A stretch of DNA of 64,000 bases from Myxococcota bacterium (GTDB lineage Bacteria; Myxococcota_A; UBA9160; JAFDDA01), in the NCBI GenBank assembly GCA_965228475.1, contig OZ245817.1, positions 1,376,001 through 1,440,000 of the forward strand, read 5' to 3'. Below are positions 1-9,595 of the stretch, in pieces. The notes below the pieces were generated by a model. It had not been told where the DNA came from and ran no database searches. It worked only from the letters and a program-made list of their open reading frames with translations. Numbering within the stretch: position 1 is the stretch's first letter; every line of letters starts with the position of its first letter. The position numbers were made by a program, and so were the translations under genes.

Positions 1-1440
1 TCGTCGGGCAATCGAGAGGCTCTCCCGGTAGTGCCTAGTCGCGCCTCTCAAGTTGTTCCTTTCCAGCTCGGCGTCGCCGAGGTTGCTGTGAGAGACCGAG
101 AGATCCCTTTGGGCCTGGGTGTTGCTAGGGTCGTTCGTTGCGATTCGTTCTCGAATCGCGAGGGCCTTCCGATAGTGCTCAACCGCGCTTTCGGTGTTTC
201 CCATTCCGAGTCGGACGCTGCCAAGCTTCTCGTGTGAAATCGAGACGCCCCTTTGGGCCTGGGTGTTGCTAGGGTCGCTCGTTGCGATCTGTTTTCTAAT
301 CGCGAGACTCTTCCGATAGTGCTCAACGGCGCTCGCGGTGTTTCCCATTCTGTCTTGAACGTTGCCGAGTCTGTCGTGTGAAATCGAGAGGTCTCTTCGG
401 GCCTGAGCGTTCTCGGGATCGTTCGTTGCGACTCGTTCTCGAATGGCGAGGCTCTCTCGGTAATGCTCAACGGCGCTTTCGGTTTCTCCGGTTCTAGACA
501 GCATGTCGCCGAGTCTGACGTGGGGAATTGAGAGGTCTCTTTGGGCCTGGTTGTTCTCGGGGTCGTCTGCTGCGATTCGTTCTCGGATTGCGAGGCTTTC
601 CCGATAGTGTTCGATGGCGCTCGCGGTGTTGCCGGTTCTGAGTTGGGCGTCCCCGAGTCTGTCGTGGGAGACTGAGAGGTCTCTCCGGGCCTGCGCGTTG
701 TCGGGGGCGTTTGTCGCGATTCGTTGAGCGATCGTGAAGCTCTCCCGGTACTGTTCAATGGCGCTCTCGGTGCTTCCGATTCTGAGTTGGACGTCTCCGA
801 TTCTGTGGTGGGCGACCGCAAGGTCTCTTTGAGCGTGGATGTTGTCGGGGTCGTTTGCTGCGATTTGTTCCCGGATTTCGAGGCTTTGCCGATAGTGTTC
901 GATCGCACTTTCGGTGTTCCCGGTTCTGAGTTGAGCGTCGCCGAGGTTGATGCGGGCGACCGCGAGATCTCTTTGGGCGCGGGCGTCGTCGGAGTCGGCC
1001 GTTGCGATTCGTTGGGCAATCGCGAGGTCCTCTCGGTAGTGGGCCATAGCGCCTTCGGTGTCTCCAACTCTCGTCAGGGCGCCACCGAGGTTTGCGTGCG
1101 AGATCGAGAGGTCCCTTAGGGCCTGGGCATTGCCGGGGTCGTTCGTTGCGATTCGTTGGGCGATAGCGAGGCCCTTCCGGTAGTGCTCGATAGCGCGCTC
1201 GGTGTTTCCGATTCTGAAGTGGGCGTCGCCGAGTTTTGAGTGCGAAATCGAGAGATCTCTTCGGGCCTGAGTGCTGTTGGGCTCTTCGGTTGCAATTCGT
1301 TGGGAGATCGCAAAGCCTGCCCGATAGTGTTCGATAGCGCTTTCAGTGCTTCCGTTCCTGAGTTGGGCGTCGGCGAGTTTGTTGTGGGAGAGCGAGAGGT
1401 CTCGTTGGGCTTGGGTGTCGTCGGGGTCGTTCCTCGCTAG
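1..1440 (-). repeat. ~10 tandem degenerate 144-bp coding repeats (48-aa TPR-like units)
   Basis: A ttgggcctg-like motif recurs at about 108, 252, 396, 540, 684, 828, 972, 1116, 1260 and 1404 (period 144). Consensus is approximately DPxNxQAQRDLSISHxxLGDxxLRxGNTESAIEHYRxxLAIRERIATN. Confidence 0.9.
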
Positions 1441-2619
1441 GAGGTTGAAGCGAGAAAGAGCCTCTTCGAGCAGGGGTACCGCCGCGTTCGGATCGTGGTT
1501 GACCGAGGCCAGTATCACGTCGGCCTTCTGAAGGAGGGCAATCGCGCGAGAGCGCGCCGAGGCCGGCGAATCGGATCCATGGGTTTCCAGGGCGTTGACG
1601 ATTTCATCTACTTCGGCCATGACCGCCTCGCGGGGGCCGATAGGCACATACCGATCCAAGACTTCGGGCAACTCGAAGTTCAGGAAATCGAGGTTGTCGT
1701 TGACTTGGTCTAAGAGAGCGTTCGCCCTGTCTCGTTGGGACTCAGCTAGCTGATACTGCCTCCAGGCAAACGCGCCAGTCACCGTTGCGGTGAGAGCGAG
1801 GATGGTCATGGCGGTACCGATCCGGCGCGCCCGCTGGGTCTTCAAGCGCTGCGCGCGCAACTGATGAGCCTTGTCGCGTTCGGTCAGTCGTTCGAGGCTA
1901 ACGCCAAGAATGCCCGCGATGATCTTCAGGCGAGCCGTGTTGATCTGCTCTTCGTAGGCGACGGTGAGGCGTTCTGCGTCGGAGCGGCTTCGGCCCGATT
2001 GTAGTAGCCGTTGTTTGTAGACGTTGGGGTGGGTGAGCCCCTTGTGGCCGTCCGGGAGACGGAAATTCGCGGCTATGGGTTCTGTGGGTCGATCGATCCG
2101 GAGTTCGCCGTCTTCGCCGACCTCGTACTGGAGCGGTTTGGGGAAGCACTCGAGGGTGCGGACGTCCTCCGGGTCCTCTTCCTTCGCGGGATCGAGGGAT
2201 GCGTTGGGTTCTCCGAGGAGGAGGGCGGCCATGACCCGATCGAACTTCCCGGTGGCTTTGAAGTGACGGATTTCTTCGGCGACGTACTTCGATTGCACGG
2301 CCCGGGGGGAGCAGAGGACGACGAGGAAGCGGGAGCGGTCGAGGGCTTCGGTGATGGCGGAGGAAAGGTCTGCATCCGCCGGTAGCGAGACTTCGTCGCG
2401 GAAGACCGGATAGATCCGGTCGGGGATGATCTCGCCGCGGTTGTTCTTCGTGCCGACGAGCTCGGCGGGAATGTCGTAGATCTCGAGCTGTTGATGGAGC
2501 CAGGTCGCCCACTGTTGGTCTTCTTCGGTGTTGTCGGCGTGCCGGTAGGAGATGAACGCGTAGTAGAAGCCCGATGCTTCACTCGCCTCCGCGGGCTGCG
2601 AAGGGTTTCCGCTACTCAC
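1..2619 (-). CDS. TIR domain - transmembrane helix - 48-aa TPR-like repeat protein (3' end beyond window edge)
   Basis: Not in the ORF track because it has no stop in the window. Manual translation from GTG at 2619-2617 (overlapping the upstream stop) gives MSSGNPSQ...FYYAFISYRHADN...WATWLHQQLEIY...YPVFRDEVSL...LDRSRFLVVLCSPRAVQSKYVAEEIRHF (TIR motifs FISY, VFRD and SxxVxxEI with the catalytic-position Glu). A hydrophobic segment IGTAMTILALTATVTGAFAW and then the repeats follow. The frame is open to position 1. Confidence 0.9.
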   Translation of the reverse strand, partial: MSSGNPSQPAEASEASGFYYAFISYRHADNTEEDQQWATWLHQQLEIYDIPAELVGTKNNRGEIIPDRIYPVFRDEVSLPADADLSSAITEALDRSRFLVVLCSPRAVQSKYVAEEIRHFKATGKFDRVMAALLLGEPNASLDPAKEEDPEDVRTLECFPKPLQYEVGEDGELRIDRPTEPIAANFRLPDGHKGLTHPNVYKQRLLQSGRSRSDAERLTVAYEEQINTARLKIIAGILGVSLERLTERDKAHQLRAQRLKTQRARRIGTAMTILALTATVTGAFAWRQYQLAESQRDRANALLDQVNDNLDFLNFELPEVLDRYVPIGPREAVMAEVDEIVNALETHGSDSPASARSRAIALLQKADVILASVNHDPNAAVPLLEEALSRFNLLARNDPDDTQAQRDLSLSHNKLADAQLRNGSTESAIEHYRAGFAISQRIATEEPNSTQARRDLSISHSKLGDAHFRIGNTERAIEHYRKGLAIAQRIATNDPGNAQALRDLSISHANLGGALTRVGDTEGAMAHYREDLAIAQRIATADSDDARAQRDLAVARINLGDAQLRTGNTESAIEHYRQSLEIREQIAANDPDNIHAQRDLAVAHHRIGDVQLRIGSTESAIEQYRESFTIAQRIATNAPDNAQARRDLSVSHDRLGDAQLRTGNTASAIEHYRESLAIRERIAADDPENNQAQRDLSIPHVRLGDMLSRTGETESAVEHYRESLAIRERVATNDPENAQARRDLSISHDRLGNVQDRMGNTASAVEHYRKSLAIRKQIATSDPSNTQAQRGVSISHEKLGSVRLGMGNTESAVEHYRKALAIRERIATNDPSNTQAQRDLSVSHSNLGDAELERNNLRGATRHYRESLSIARR

Positions 2620-4534
2620 GGGCGGCTCGAAGGTGGAAGAGACGTTCCTCGCCGGCATCCTTGGGAAGGGCGTGGACGCCGACGAACTCGAGGACCCATG
2701 GCGGCTCTTCGTTTCGGCCTTCCCGCCGACTCCTGTGGTCACTCTCGGTGAGCAGGTAGGCGAAGTTCTCGGAGGCGTAGATCCGGCCGCGCACGGTGAC
2801 GGGCTCGAGCCGCGCCGCCCAGTTGACGTGGCTGCCGAACCAGTCTTCCTGTTTGGAAACCGGGTCGAACCACTTCCAGACGGGCGCGGCGTGGAGGGCG
2901 ATTCGCATGTGGAGGAGATGGTCGCCGACCTGGACGCCGTCGGCGCCGCCGGTCGCGCGTTGAAGTGCCAGGGCTAGCTGTGCGATCTGCACGACACCAT
3001 CTTCGTCGGCCGAGGCGGAGAAGATTCCGTCTCCGATGGTCTTGATGAAGGCCGGGCGAGGGGAGATTCCGTTGATCTCTTCGGCGATCTTCTCCATGAA
3101 AGCGCCGAACTTGGGCATCTCATGGTCGCCGAGGCGGGAGAAGTGTTCGATGTCCGCGAAGAGCATGGCGCCGAGCACGCGTCCCCCCTTGCCGGGGGCG
3201 TCTTTTTCGGGCGCACGGTCCCTCGAAGCGGGCGGAGCCTTGGCGTTGGGGGCAACGCGCTCGCGGAGTTCCTTGAGGTCGATCACCACGGTGGGCGGTC
3301 CCGATTCGCCCGATCTCAGGAAGTCGGCGGTTCCACCAGCGATCGGCGGCGCATCGGGGTCGGCGACGCCGACCATCGTTGGGCGGGTGTCCGGGTAGCG
3401 GTCCGCGCGTAGCTGCGCTTTCCCGCGCAGGATCTGGTTCGTCACCGCGAACAGGAAGTCGTCGCCGACGAGGTATTCCTCGCGAGTCAGGTACTGGACC
3501 GATTCGGCGTGGCTCATCGCGGCACGGAAGCGGGGGAGCCACTCGTGGGGGACGCTCGTGTCGACGAAGTCCGTGTCGCTGAAGGGAAGGACCAGGTGGA
3601 CTTCGGCGCCGCGACGAAGCATGGCTTCGGCGAAGAGCAGGTCACTGCCACCGGCAGCCGAGCAGTAGCCGACCTTCGCGTTGAGTTCTTCGAGAACGGC
3701 ATCGAGCCGGGTAGCGACCGCCGTTTCGAGTTCGGCGTCCGGTGGGAAGCGCGGCGACTCTCGGCCGGGGAGATCGATCATGTGACCGGAGAAGGCGAGG
3801 ATGCCGGGGGGCGGGAAGAGTCCGATGAGGCGGTCGGGGACGGGGATGCCGTGGTCGCGGAGAAGAGCCAGCTGCTGAAGCATCGACCTGGACTCGGCGG
3901 GTGATACTGTCTTCTCGAAGGTTCTGAGGTACGCGCGAATGGCATCTTCGTGTTGTTCCAAGAGCAGATGCGCTTCACCCGCCGTAGCATCGGCCCAGTC
4001 GTCACGCGGTTGCGACCTGAGGGCCGTCAGCACCGCCTGCGCCAGTCGGCGGGCTTCCGGCCGATCCCCCGCAAGGGTCGACATCGAAGCGGCATTGATC
4101 CCGCAGTACGTGCCGCCAGTTGCCCGGAAGCCCGCGGCGTAGGCAGCCCGGCTCGCCAGCAGTTCGTTCCGGTCGCCACTCGTTCGCCAGACATCCTTGT
4201 GAAGCCGTCCCCGCAGTCCGAGCAGCTCCTCGAGGATGCCGAGTTCCTTTCCCACGAAGCCGGCGCCGGGCAGATCGGCATCGACGTGCGGGTCGGTGTA
4301 GTGCGCGATCCGCTCCAGCGCTTCCTGGGTGGCACCGGCGTTCGCGAGCGCCAGGCCGTGGAGGTGGGCGAGTACGTGGGAGTCGCCGAAGATGTAGAGC
4401 GCACGCCGTGCCAGGTCGATCGCGGCGAAGTGCTGGCCGGCGTCGTGGAGGCGGCGGATCTCCGAGAGCCATTCTCGGGGGCTCCAGCTCCCGGTGGCGG
4501 ACTCTGGTGAGCGGGGGGGCTCGTCACGCTTCAT
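2612..4534 (-). CDS. TPR-S/DUF4071-like helical domain + SLOG domain + class III nucleotidyl (adenylate) cyclase
   Basis: N-terminal GLRGRLHKD...YCGINAA...WADATAGEAHL. Middle FSGHMID...GYCSAAGGSDLLFAE...VLPF (SLOG). C-terminal LFADIEHFS, KTIGDG, RIALH, DWFGSHVNWAARLE (cyclase). SD-like GAGGAA lies upstream of the ATG. Confidence 0.85.
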   Translation of the reverse strand: MKRDEPPRSPESATGSWSPREWLSEIRRLHDAGQHFAAIDLARRALYIFGDSHVLAHLHGLALANAGATQEALERIAHYTDPHVDADLPGAGFVGKELGILEELLGLRGRLHKDVWRTSGDRNELLASRAAYAAGFRATGGTYCGINAASMSTLAGDRPEARRLAQAVLTALRSQPRDDWADATAGEAHLLLEQHEDAIRAYLRTFEKTVSPAESRSMLQQLALLRDHGIPVPDRLIGLFPPPGILAFSGHMIDLPGRESPRFPPDAELETAVATRLDAVLEELNAKVGYCSAAGGSDLLFAEAMLRRGAEVHLVLPFSDTDFVDTSVPHEWLPRFRAAMSHAESVQYLTREEYLVGDDFLFAVTNQILRGKAQLRADRYPDTRPTMVGVADPDAPPIAGGTADFLRSGESGPPTVVIDLKELRERVAPNAKAPPASRDRAPEKDAPGKGGRVLGAMLFADIEHFSRLGDHEMPKFGAFMEKIAEEINGISPRPAFIKTIGDGIFSASADEDGVVQIAQLALALQRATGGADGVQVGDHLLHMRIALHAAPVWKWFDPVSKQEDWFGSHVNWAARLEPVTVRGRIYASENFAYLLTESDHRSRREGRNEEPPWVLEFVGVHALPKDAGEERLFHLRAARE

Positions 4535-4597
4535 CGCACCGTTCCTCGCGCGGTTGCGCGACCACTATACAAGGAGCGGAGTCGCTGCGGGGCGCTC

Positions 4598-7264
4598 TCA
4601 GGCGTCGGCGTCGGCCTCGCGCCCCGGCGGCCAGCGGTCGATCAGCGCTGGCAGGACCACCAGGTTCGAGACCAGCATGCAGAGCATGCCGATCGTCAGC
4701 ATCTTGCCGAGGCTCGACATGGCGACGTGGCTCGAGAAGGCAAGGGCGCCGAAGCTGACGATGGTGGTGGTGGCGCTGTAGAGGACGGCGCGGGCCGTCG
4801 TGCTCGAGAGCAGCGCGATCTGTTGGCCGGTCTGGCGGCGCAGCGCTCCTCGCTGGACGAGGTGGATCCCGCTGTCGACCCCGGCGCCGAGCAGCAGCGG
4901 GATCACGAGCACGTTGCCGAAGTTGAAGGGGATGTCCGCCGCCGCCATGATCGCCACGGTTCCCCCGGCGCCGAGCAACAGCGGCGCCAGGACGAGGAGC
5001 GGCTCGCGGACGCGTTGCCACAGCAAGACGAGCAGGATGGCGATCGAAACCAGCGCGAGGGTCAGGGCCTGCTCGAAGCTGTCGATGGTCGCGCGCGCGA
5101 ATCCGATCACGTTCGGCGCCATGCCCGTGGCGTCGGGCGCGACCTTCTCGACCTCTTCGACGAAGCGCTCGAGGGCGCCGGGTTCGAAGAGATCTTCGGC
5201 CGGATAGGCGGCGACGCGCACGCGCCCGTCGTTCGCCACCTGACGATCGACGATCTCGGGAGGCAGCCCTTCGAGGGTGATCTCGTCGGGGAGGAGCGCA
5301 TTTCGCAGGCGGTCGAGGTGGCGGGGGAGCGGGCCGAGGGTCAGCTGCTGGAGCTGTTCGAGGGAGCCGCCGAGTTCGCCGCGCTCGCGGGCTTCGGACA
5401 GGAACCCCTCCAGCGTGTCGGCGAGCTCCCGCATCTCTGCCCGGACCGCCGGGTCGCCCGGGCGCGCGGCTTCCGTCCGCAGGGCCTCGACGACGCGGCG
5501 GATGCCGTCTTCCTGCTCCGCGGTGGTGTGGCTCGGCGGCGCCTCTTCGGCGGCGAAGCCCCGGTCGAGCAGGAAGGCCAGATCTTCGAGGATCGCGATC
5601 TTGTCTTCCTGGTCCTCGGGCACGAAGCGGCCGAGGGTGAGGCTGCTGTCGACCACGTCGAGGGACTCGAGTTTCTTCGCCAGGGCCTCGGCTTCCTCCG
5701 CGTTGGCGGCGAGGGCGTCGGCGACGAGGGGGGAGAGCTGGTTCCGCATCTCCATCAGGTCGGTGACGGCCTGGATGGACTCGGCGCTCGGGTCGCGCAG
5801 GCCGAAGACCATCGGGTCGAAGGTCGCGCGCGGGAGCAGGGCGGCGATCGCGACGGCGGCGACCAGTGCGAGGCGCCGGATCCACACGCTCCGCGCCTCG
5901 AGCCAGTGGGACCACCCGACCGGCAGCCCGAGCGGTTCGTCTTCGCTGCCGGCCGGAAGCCGCAGCCCCTTGGTGAGGAGCGCCGGCAGCAGGGTGAGCG
6001 TGAGGAAGAAGATGATGATCATCGCCGTGCCGGCGATCAGGCCGAGCTCCGCGATTCCCGTATAGGGAGCCGGCACGAAGACGAAGAATCCGATCGCCGT
6101 CGTGACCGTGCAGATCAGGAGCGACGGACCGATCTCGCGGGTGGCTTCGGCGAGGCTGTCGGCGTGGCTGAACCCCTGCCGACGCTCCGACGTGTAGGCC
6201 AGGCCGAGGTGGATCCCGAAGTCGATGCCGAGCCCGATGAAGAGGATCCCGAAGGAGAGGGAGGGCAGGGTGAGGTCGCCGACGACGGCGCCCGCCGCGG
6301 CGGCTGCCCAGATGAGGCCGGTCAGGAGCGTCACGGTCGTCGCGGCGAGCATCTGCCAGGAGTGGAAGGCCCGCCAGAGTACGAACATGACCAGGAAGAA
6401 GCAGAAGATGCCGCCGATGAAGACGTCCCAGACGAAGTGGACGAGCTCCTCGAGGTTGATCGCCGCGTTGCCGGTGATGCGGATCGTCGCGCGGCCAGCG
6501 GCCGCCTCGTTGGCCTCGCTGCGGATGGCCGCCATCGCCTCCTGGACTTCGCCGAGCTTCGTGAAGTCGATGACCGGCTCGACGAGGACGAGCGCGCGGT
6601 TGGCGACGGGCCGGTCGAGATCCTGGAGCAGCAGGCTCTCCCACTGGACCTCGCGCGGGTCGCGTTCCGCGTGGATGGCGCGGGTCGTCTGGGAAAGCGC
6701 TTCGAACAGGGAGACCCACGGCGCGTCCGCTTCCTGGGTGCCGAAGAGATCCTGGCCCTGGGCTTCGTCGATCAACGCCGCCATCTGGGCGAAGCTCGGG
6801 TCGCGCTCGAGCTCCGCGATCAGCGGCTGGAGCTGCGTCAGCTGGTCGGCGAACTTCTCGAGCTCCTCGACGCTCAGGTAGAGGAGCCCGTTCTTCTCGA
6901 AGAAGTCGCCGAGCCCCGGTGCGTAGACGTGGCGGTAGCGCTCCGGCTCCGCGGCGAAGCGGTCGCGGATGGCGACCGCGGCGTCGCGCGCGAGCTCCGG
7001 GTTCTCGGCGTCCACGACGACGAGCGTCGTGTGGTCGATGATCGGGAAGAGCTCCGCGAACTCCAGGTAGAGCTGCTGCGATCGGACCTTCGCGCTGACC
7101 TGCTCGACGGTGTCCGCGTTCAATCCCACCGTCGCGACGGCGTAGGCGGCACACGCCACCGTCACGATCGCAGCGGCCCAGAGCACCTGCGAGGCGCGGG
7201 CTTCCACGCGGAGGACCCAGCGCACGAGTTGGCGTCGGAGCACCGGCTCCAGGCGATGGCTCAA
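4598..7264 (-). CDS. MMPL/RND family transporter, HpnN (hopanoid transporter)-like
   Basis: Two MMPL repeats with motifs GLGIDFGIH and GAGVDSGIH; FFEKNGLLYLS; multiple TM helices; TTG start with GAGGAG upstream. Confidence 0.85.
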   Translation of the reverse strand: MSHRLEPVLRRQLVRWVLRVEARASQVLWAAAIVTVACAAYAVATVGLNADTVEQVSAKVRSQQLYLEFAELFPIIDHTTLVVVDAENPELARDAAVAIRDRFAAEPERYRHVYAPGLGDFFEKNGLLYLSVEELEKFADQLTQLQPLIAELERDPSFAQMAALIDEAQGQDLFGTQEADAPWVSLFEALSQTTRAIHAERDPREVQWESLLLQDLDRPVANRALVLVEPVIDFTKLGEVQEAMAAIRSEANEAAAGRATIRITGNAAINLEELVHFVWDVFIGGIFCFFLVMFVLWRAFHSWQMLAATTVTLLTGLIWAAAAAGAVVGDLTLPSLSFGILFIGLGIDFGIHLGLAYTSERRQGFSHADSLAEATREIGPSLLICTVTTAIGFFVFVPAPYTGIAELGLIAGTAMIIIFFLTLTLLPALLTKGLRLPAGSEDEPLGLPVGWSHWLEARSVWIRRLALVAAVAIAALLPRATFDPMVFGLRDPSAESIQAVTDLMEMRNQLSPLVADALAANAEEAEALAKKLESLDVVDSSLTLGRFVPEDQEDKIAILEDLAFLLDRGFAAEEAPPSHTTAEQEDGIRRVVEALRTEAARPGDPAVRAEMRELADTLEGFLSEARERGELGGSLEQLQQLTLGPLPRHLDRLRNALLPDEITLEGLPPEIVDRQVANDGRVRVAAYPAEDLFEPGALERFVEEVEKVAPDATGMAPNVIGFARATIDSFEQALTLALVSIAILLVLLWQRVREPLLVLAPLLLGAGGTVAIMAAADIPFNFGNVLVIPLLLGAGVDSGIHLVQRGALRRQTGQQIALLSSTTARAVLYSATTTIVSFGALAFSSHVAMSSLGKMLTIGMLCMLVSNLVVLPALIDRWPPGREADADA

Positions 7265-7312
7265 GCGCTTCTCCTCGGTCCATGCTCCGACTGACGGCTC
7301 AAACGGTCCTCC

Positions 7313-9007
7313 TCAGTCCGCCCGGAAGACGGTCTTGCCGCCGACGAGCGTCTCGAGAACGCGGATGTCGGCGATCGTCTCCGGGGCCGCCTCGAGCGGA
7401 TTCTCGGAGAGGATCACGAGATCCGCGAGCTTCCCGGCTTCGATCGATCCCTTCCGGGTTTCTTCGAAGTGCTGGAACGCCGCGTCGATCGTCACCGCGC
7501 GCAGGGCCTGCTCGACGGAGATTCGCTCGGCCTCCCCGACGACGAAGCCGCTGCGCGTCGTCCGGTTGACGGCGGCATGGACCAGCCGAAGCGGCTCCAT
7601 CGGGACGACCGGGGCGTCGCAGTGGATCGTGAAGCGGACGCCGCGGGCGAGGGCGCTCGCGGCGGGGCTCATGCGCGCCGCGCGTTCTTCGCCCATGAAC
7701 AGGCGCCGATGCCGGTCGCCCCAGTAGTAGGTGTGCAGGCTGAAGAAGCTCGGGATGACGTCGAGGCTCGCCATGCGGTCGAGCTGGTCTTCGCGGGCCA
7801 TCTGCGCGTGGATCACGACGGGCCGCGCGTCCGCACGCGGGTGCCGGGCGAGGGCGGCCTCGAAGGCGTCGAGGATGTCGTCGATGCTCGCGTCGCCGTT
7901 GCCGTGGACCGCGACCTGCATGCCCGCCGCGTGGTAGCGCTCGACCATCTGGAGGAGCGCCTCGCGCGGGATGCGCGGGTAGCCCCGGTACTCCGGGTCG
8001 TCGCCCGGCGGCACGGCGTAGGGCTCCGAGAGGTAGCCGGTGTAGCCCTGGATGGAGCCGTCGGCGACGAGCTTCACCGCGCCGAGCCGCACCCGGTCTT
8101 CGTCCGGCGAGCGGAAGCTGAACTCGCCGGCCAGGATCTCGTCGGCGGTTTCCTGGTCGGGCCATGCGACGACGCGGATGTCGAGCTGCCGCAGCCGTGC
8201 GAGCCAGCCGAGGGCGCGGATCTGGAGCTTCGGCGCGTGGCCGTTCTGGGCGGTGGTGACGCCCGCTGCCAGGTAGCGCTCCGTCGCCTCTTTCAGGATG
8301 GCGAGGGCCTCGCGCGGCTCCGGTTCGAGCACCAGCGCCTCGACGCCGTGCATCGCCTCTTCTTCGAGGACGCCGTTGGGCGCGCCGTCGGGTCCGCGCT
8401 GGATGACGCCGCCCTCGGGGTCCGGCGTGTCGGCGCCGATCCCGAGCTCCCGCAGTGCGAGGCTGTTCACCACGGCGAGATGCCCCGAGACGTGGATCGC
8501 GACGACGGGGCGCGTGGTGGAGGCGCGGTCGAGATCGTGGCGGGTCGGATGCCGGCTCTCGACGATCAGGGTGTCGTCGTAGCCCATGCCGACCACCCAC
8601 TCGCCTTCCGGCGTCGCGTCGGCCCGCTCACCGAGCAGCAGGACGAGATCCTGGAGGTCGTCGACCTCGGCCATCGGCGGACTGCGCAGGTCCACCACGG
8701 TCGACCAGATGCCTTCGCCCGGAAAGTGGCCGTGGGCGTCGATGAAGCCCGGAAGGAGGGTGCGGCCGCCGAGGTCGACGATGCGCGCTCCCTCACCGGC
8801 CCACGCGCGGACGTCGGCCGCGCTTCCGACCCGCGCGATCTCGTCCCCCTCGATGCCCAGCGCCTCGGCGACCGTTCCCTCGGCATCGAGCGTCACGACC
8901 GGCCCGCCGACGTAGACCGTGCGCTCGGGGCTGCAGGCCACCGCGAACGTCGCGAGAGCGAGGAGGGCCGCGGCCTGGCGGATGCGGGGGATGCGCGAAC
9001 TCGACAT
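7313..9007 (-). CDS. Amidohydrolase 3 family (YtcJ-like), probable lipoprotein
   Basis: PGFIDAHGH, KLVADGS, VHGNGD, IHAQ, GSIEAGKLADLVILS; lipobox-like FAVAC. Confidence 0.9.
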   Translation of the reverse strand: MSSSRIPRIRQAAALLALATFAVACSPERTVYVGGPVVTLDAEGTVAEALGIEGDEIARVGSAADVRAWAGEGARIVDLGGRTLLPGFIDAHGHFPGEGIWSTVVDLRSPPMAEVDDLQDLVLLLGERADATPEGEWVVGMGYDDTLIVESRHPTRHDLDRASTTRPVVAIHVSGHLAVVNSLALRELGIGADTPDPEGGVIQRGPDGAPNGVLEEEAMHGVEALVLEPEPREALAILKEATERYLAAGVTTAQNGHAPKLQIRALGWLARLRQLDIRVVAWPDQETADEILAGEFSFRSPDEDRVRLGAVKLVADGSIQGYTGYLSEPYAVPPGDDPEYRGYPRIPREALLQMVERYHAAGMQVAVHGNGDASIDDILDAFEAALARHPRADARPVVIHAQMAREDQLDRMASLDVIPSFFSLHTYYWGDRHRRLFMGEERAARMSPAASALARGVRFTIHCDAPVVPMEPLRLVHAAVNRTTRSGFVVGEAERISVEQALRAVTIDAAFQHFEETRKGSIEAGKLADLVILSENPLEAAPETIADIRVLETLVGGKTVFRAD

Positions 9008-9079
9008 GCGCGGAGCTTAGACGACTCCCCGCAGCTGCGGGCCCCGGCGTCCGGCCTCGGGGGCGCTAGCCTCGCGGCC

Positions 9080-9595
9080 ATGGACGACCACGGGCCGAAG
9101 GTCCTCTTCCTCTGCACCGGGAACTCGGCGCGAAGCATCCTGGCCGAGGTGCTCCTGCGCGACCGGGCCGCCGGCCGGCTGCGGACCTGCAGCGCCGGGA
9201 GCCGGCCCGCGGGCCGCGTTCACCCGGAGGCGCTCGCCTGCCTCGAACGCCACGGGCACGCCACCGGCGGCCTGCGCAGCAAGAGCTGGGACGAATTCGC
9301 GGAGGGGGAGCCCGTCGACTTCGTGATCACGGTGTGCGGAAACGCCGCGGGCGAGACCTGTCCGGTGTGGCCCGGCCGGCCCCTCGGCGGACACTGGGGG
9401 CTTCCCGACCCTGCCGCGGCAGCGCCGGAAGAGCAGGGCGGCGCCTTCGAGCGGACCTACCGTGCCCTCGAAGCGCGCATCGACCGGTTCCTCGCCCTTC
9501 CGCTCGAAGCTCCGTCCGACCCCGCGGCCCTGAGGGTCGAAATCGAGAAGATCGGATCGCTCGAGCTCCCCGAGGGGGCGCCGGAAGGGGCCTAG
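9080..9595 (+). CDS. arsC: Arsenate reductase ArsC (LMW-PTP fold)
   Basis: C-terminal part of track ORF 7469..9595, with ATG at 9080. Motifs VLFLCTGNSARS, SAGS, VITVCGNAAGETCP, HWGLPDP. Confidence 0.85.
   Translation: MDDHGPKVLFLCTGNSARSILAEVLLRDRAAGRLRTCSAGSRPAGRVHPEALACLERHGHATGGLRSKSWDEFAEGEPVDFVITVCGNAAGETCPVWPGRPLGGHWGLPDPAAAAPEEQGGAFERTYRALEARIDRFLALPLEAPSDPAALRVEIEKIGSLELPEGAPEGA

Noticed and set aside
48..1067. 339-aa S/T/P/R-rich repetitive ORF on the minus strand
   Set aside because: Alternative frame of the 144-bp repeats. The true frame is the TIR-TM-repeat protein.
1..1440. Possible CRISPR array or DGR template/variable repeats
   Set aside because: Units are degenerate along their whole length, in-frame and coding. 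There is no repeat-spacer alternation, cas gene or reverse transcriptase in the window.
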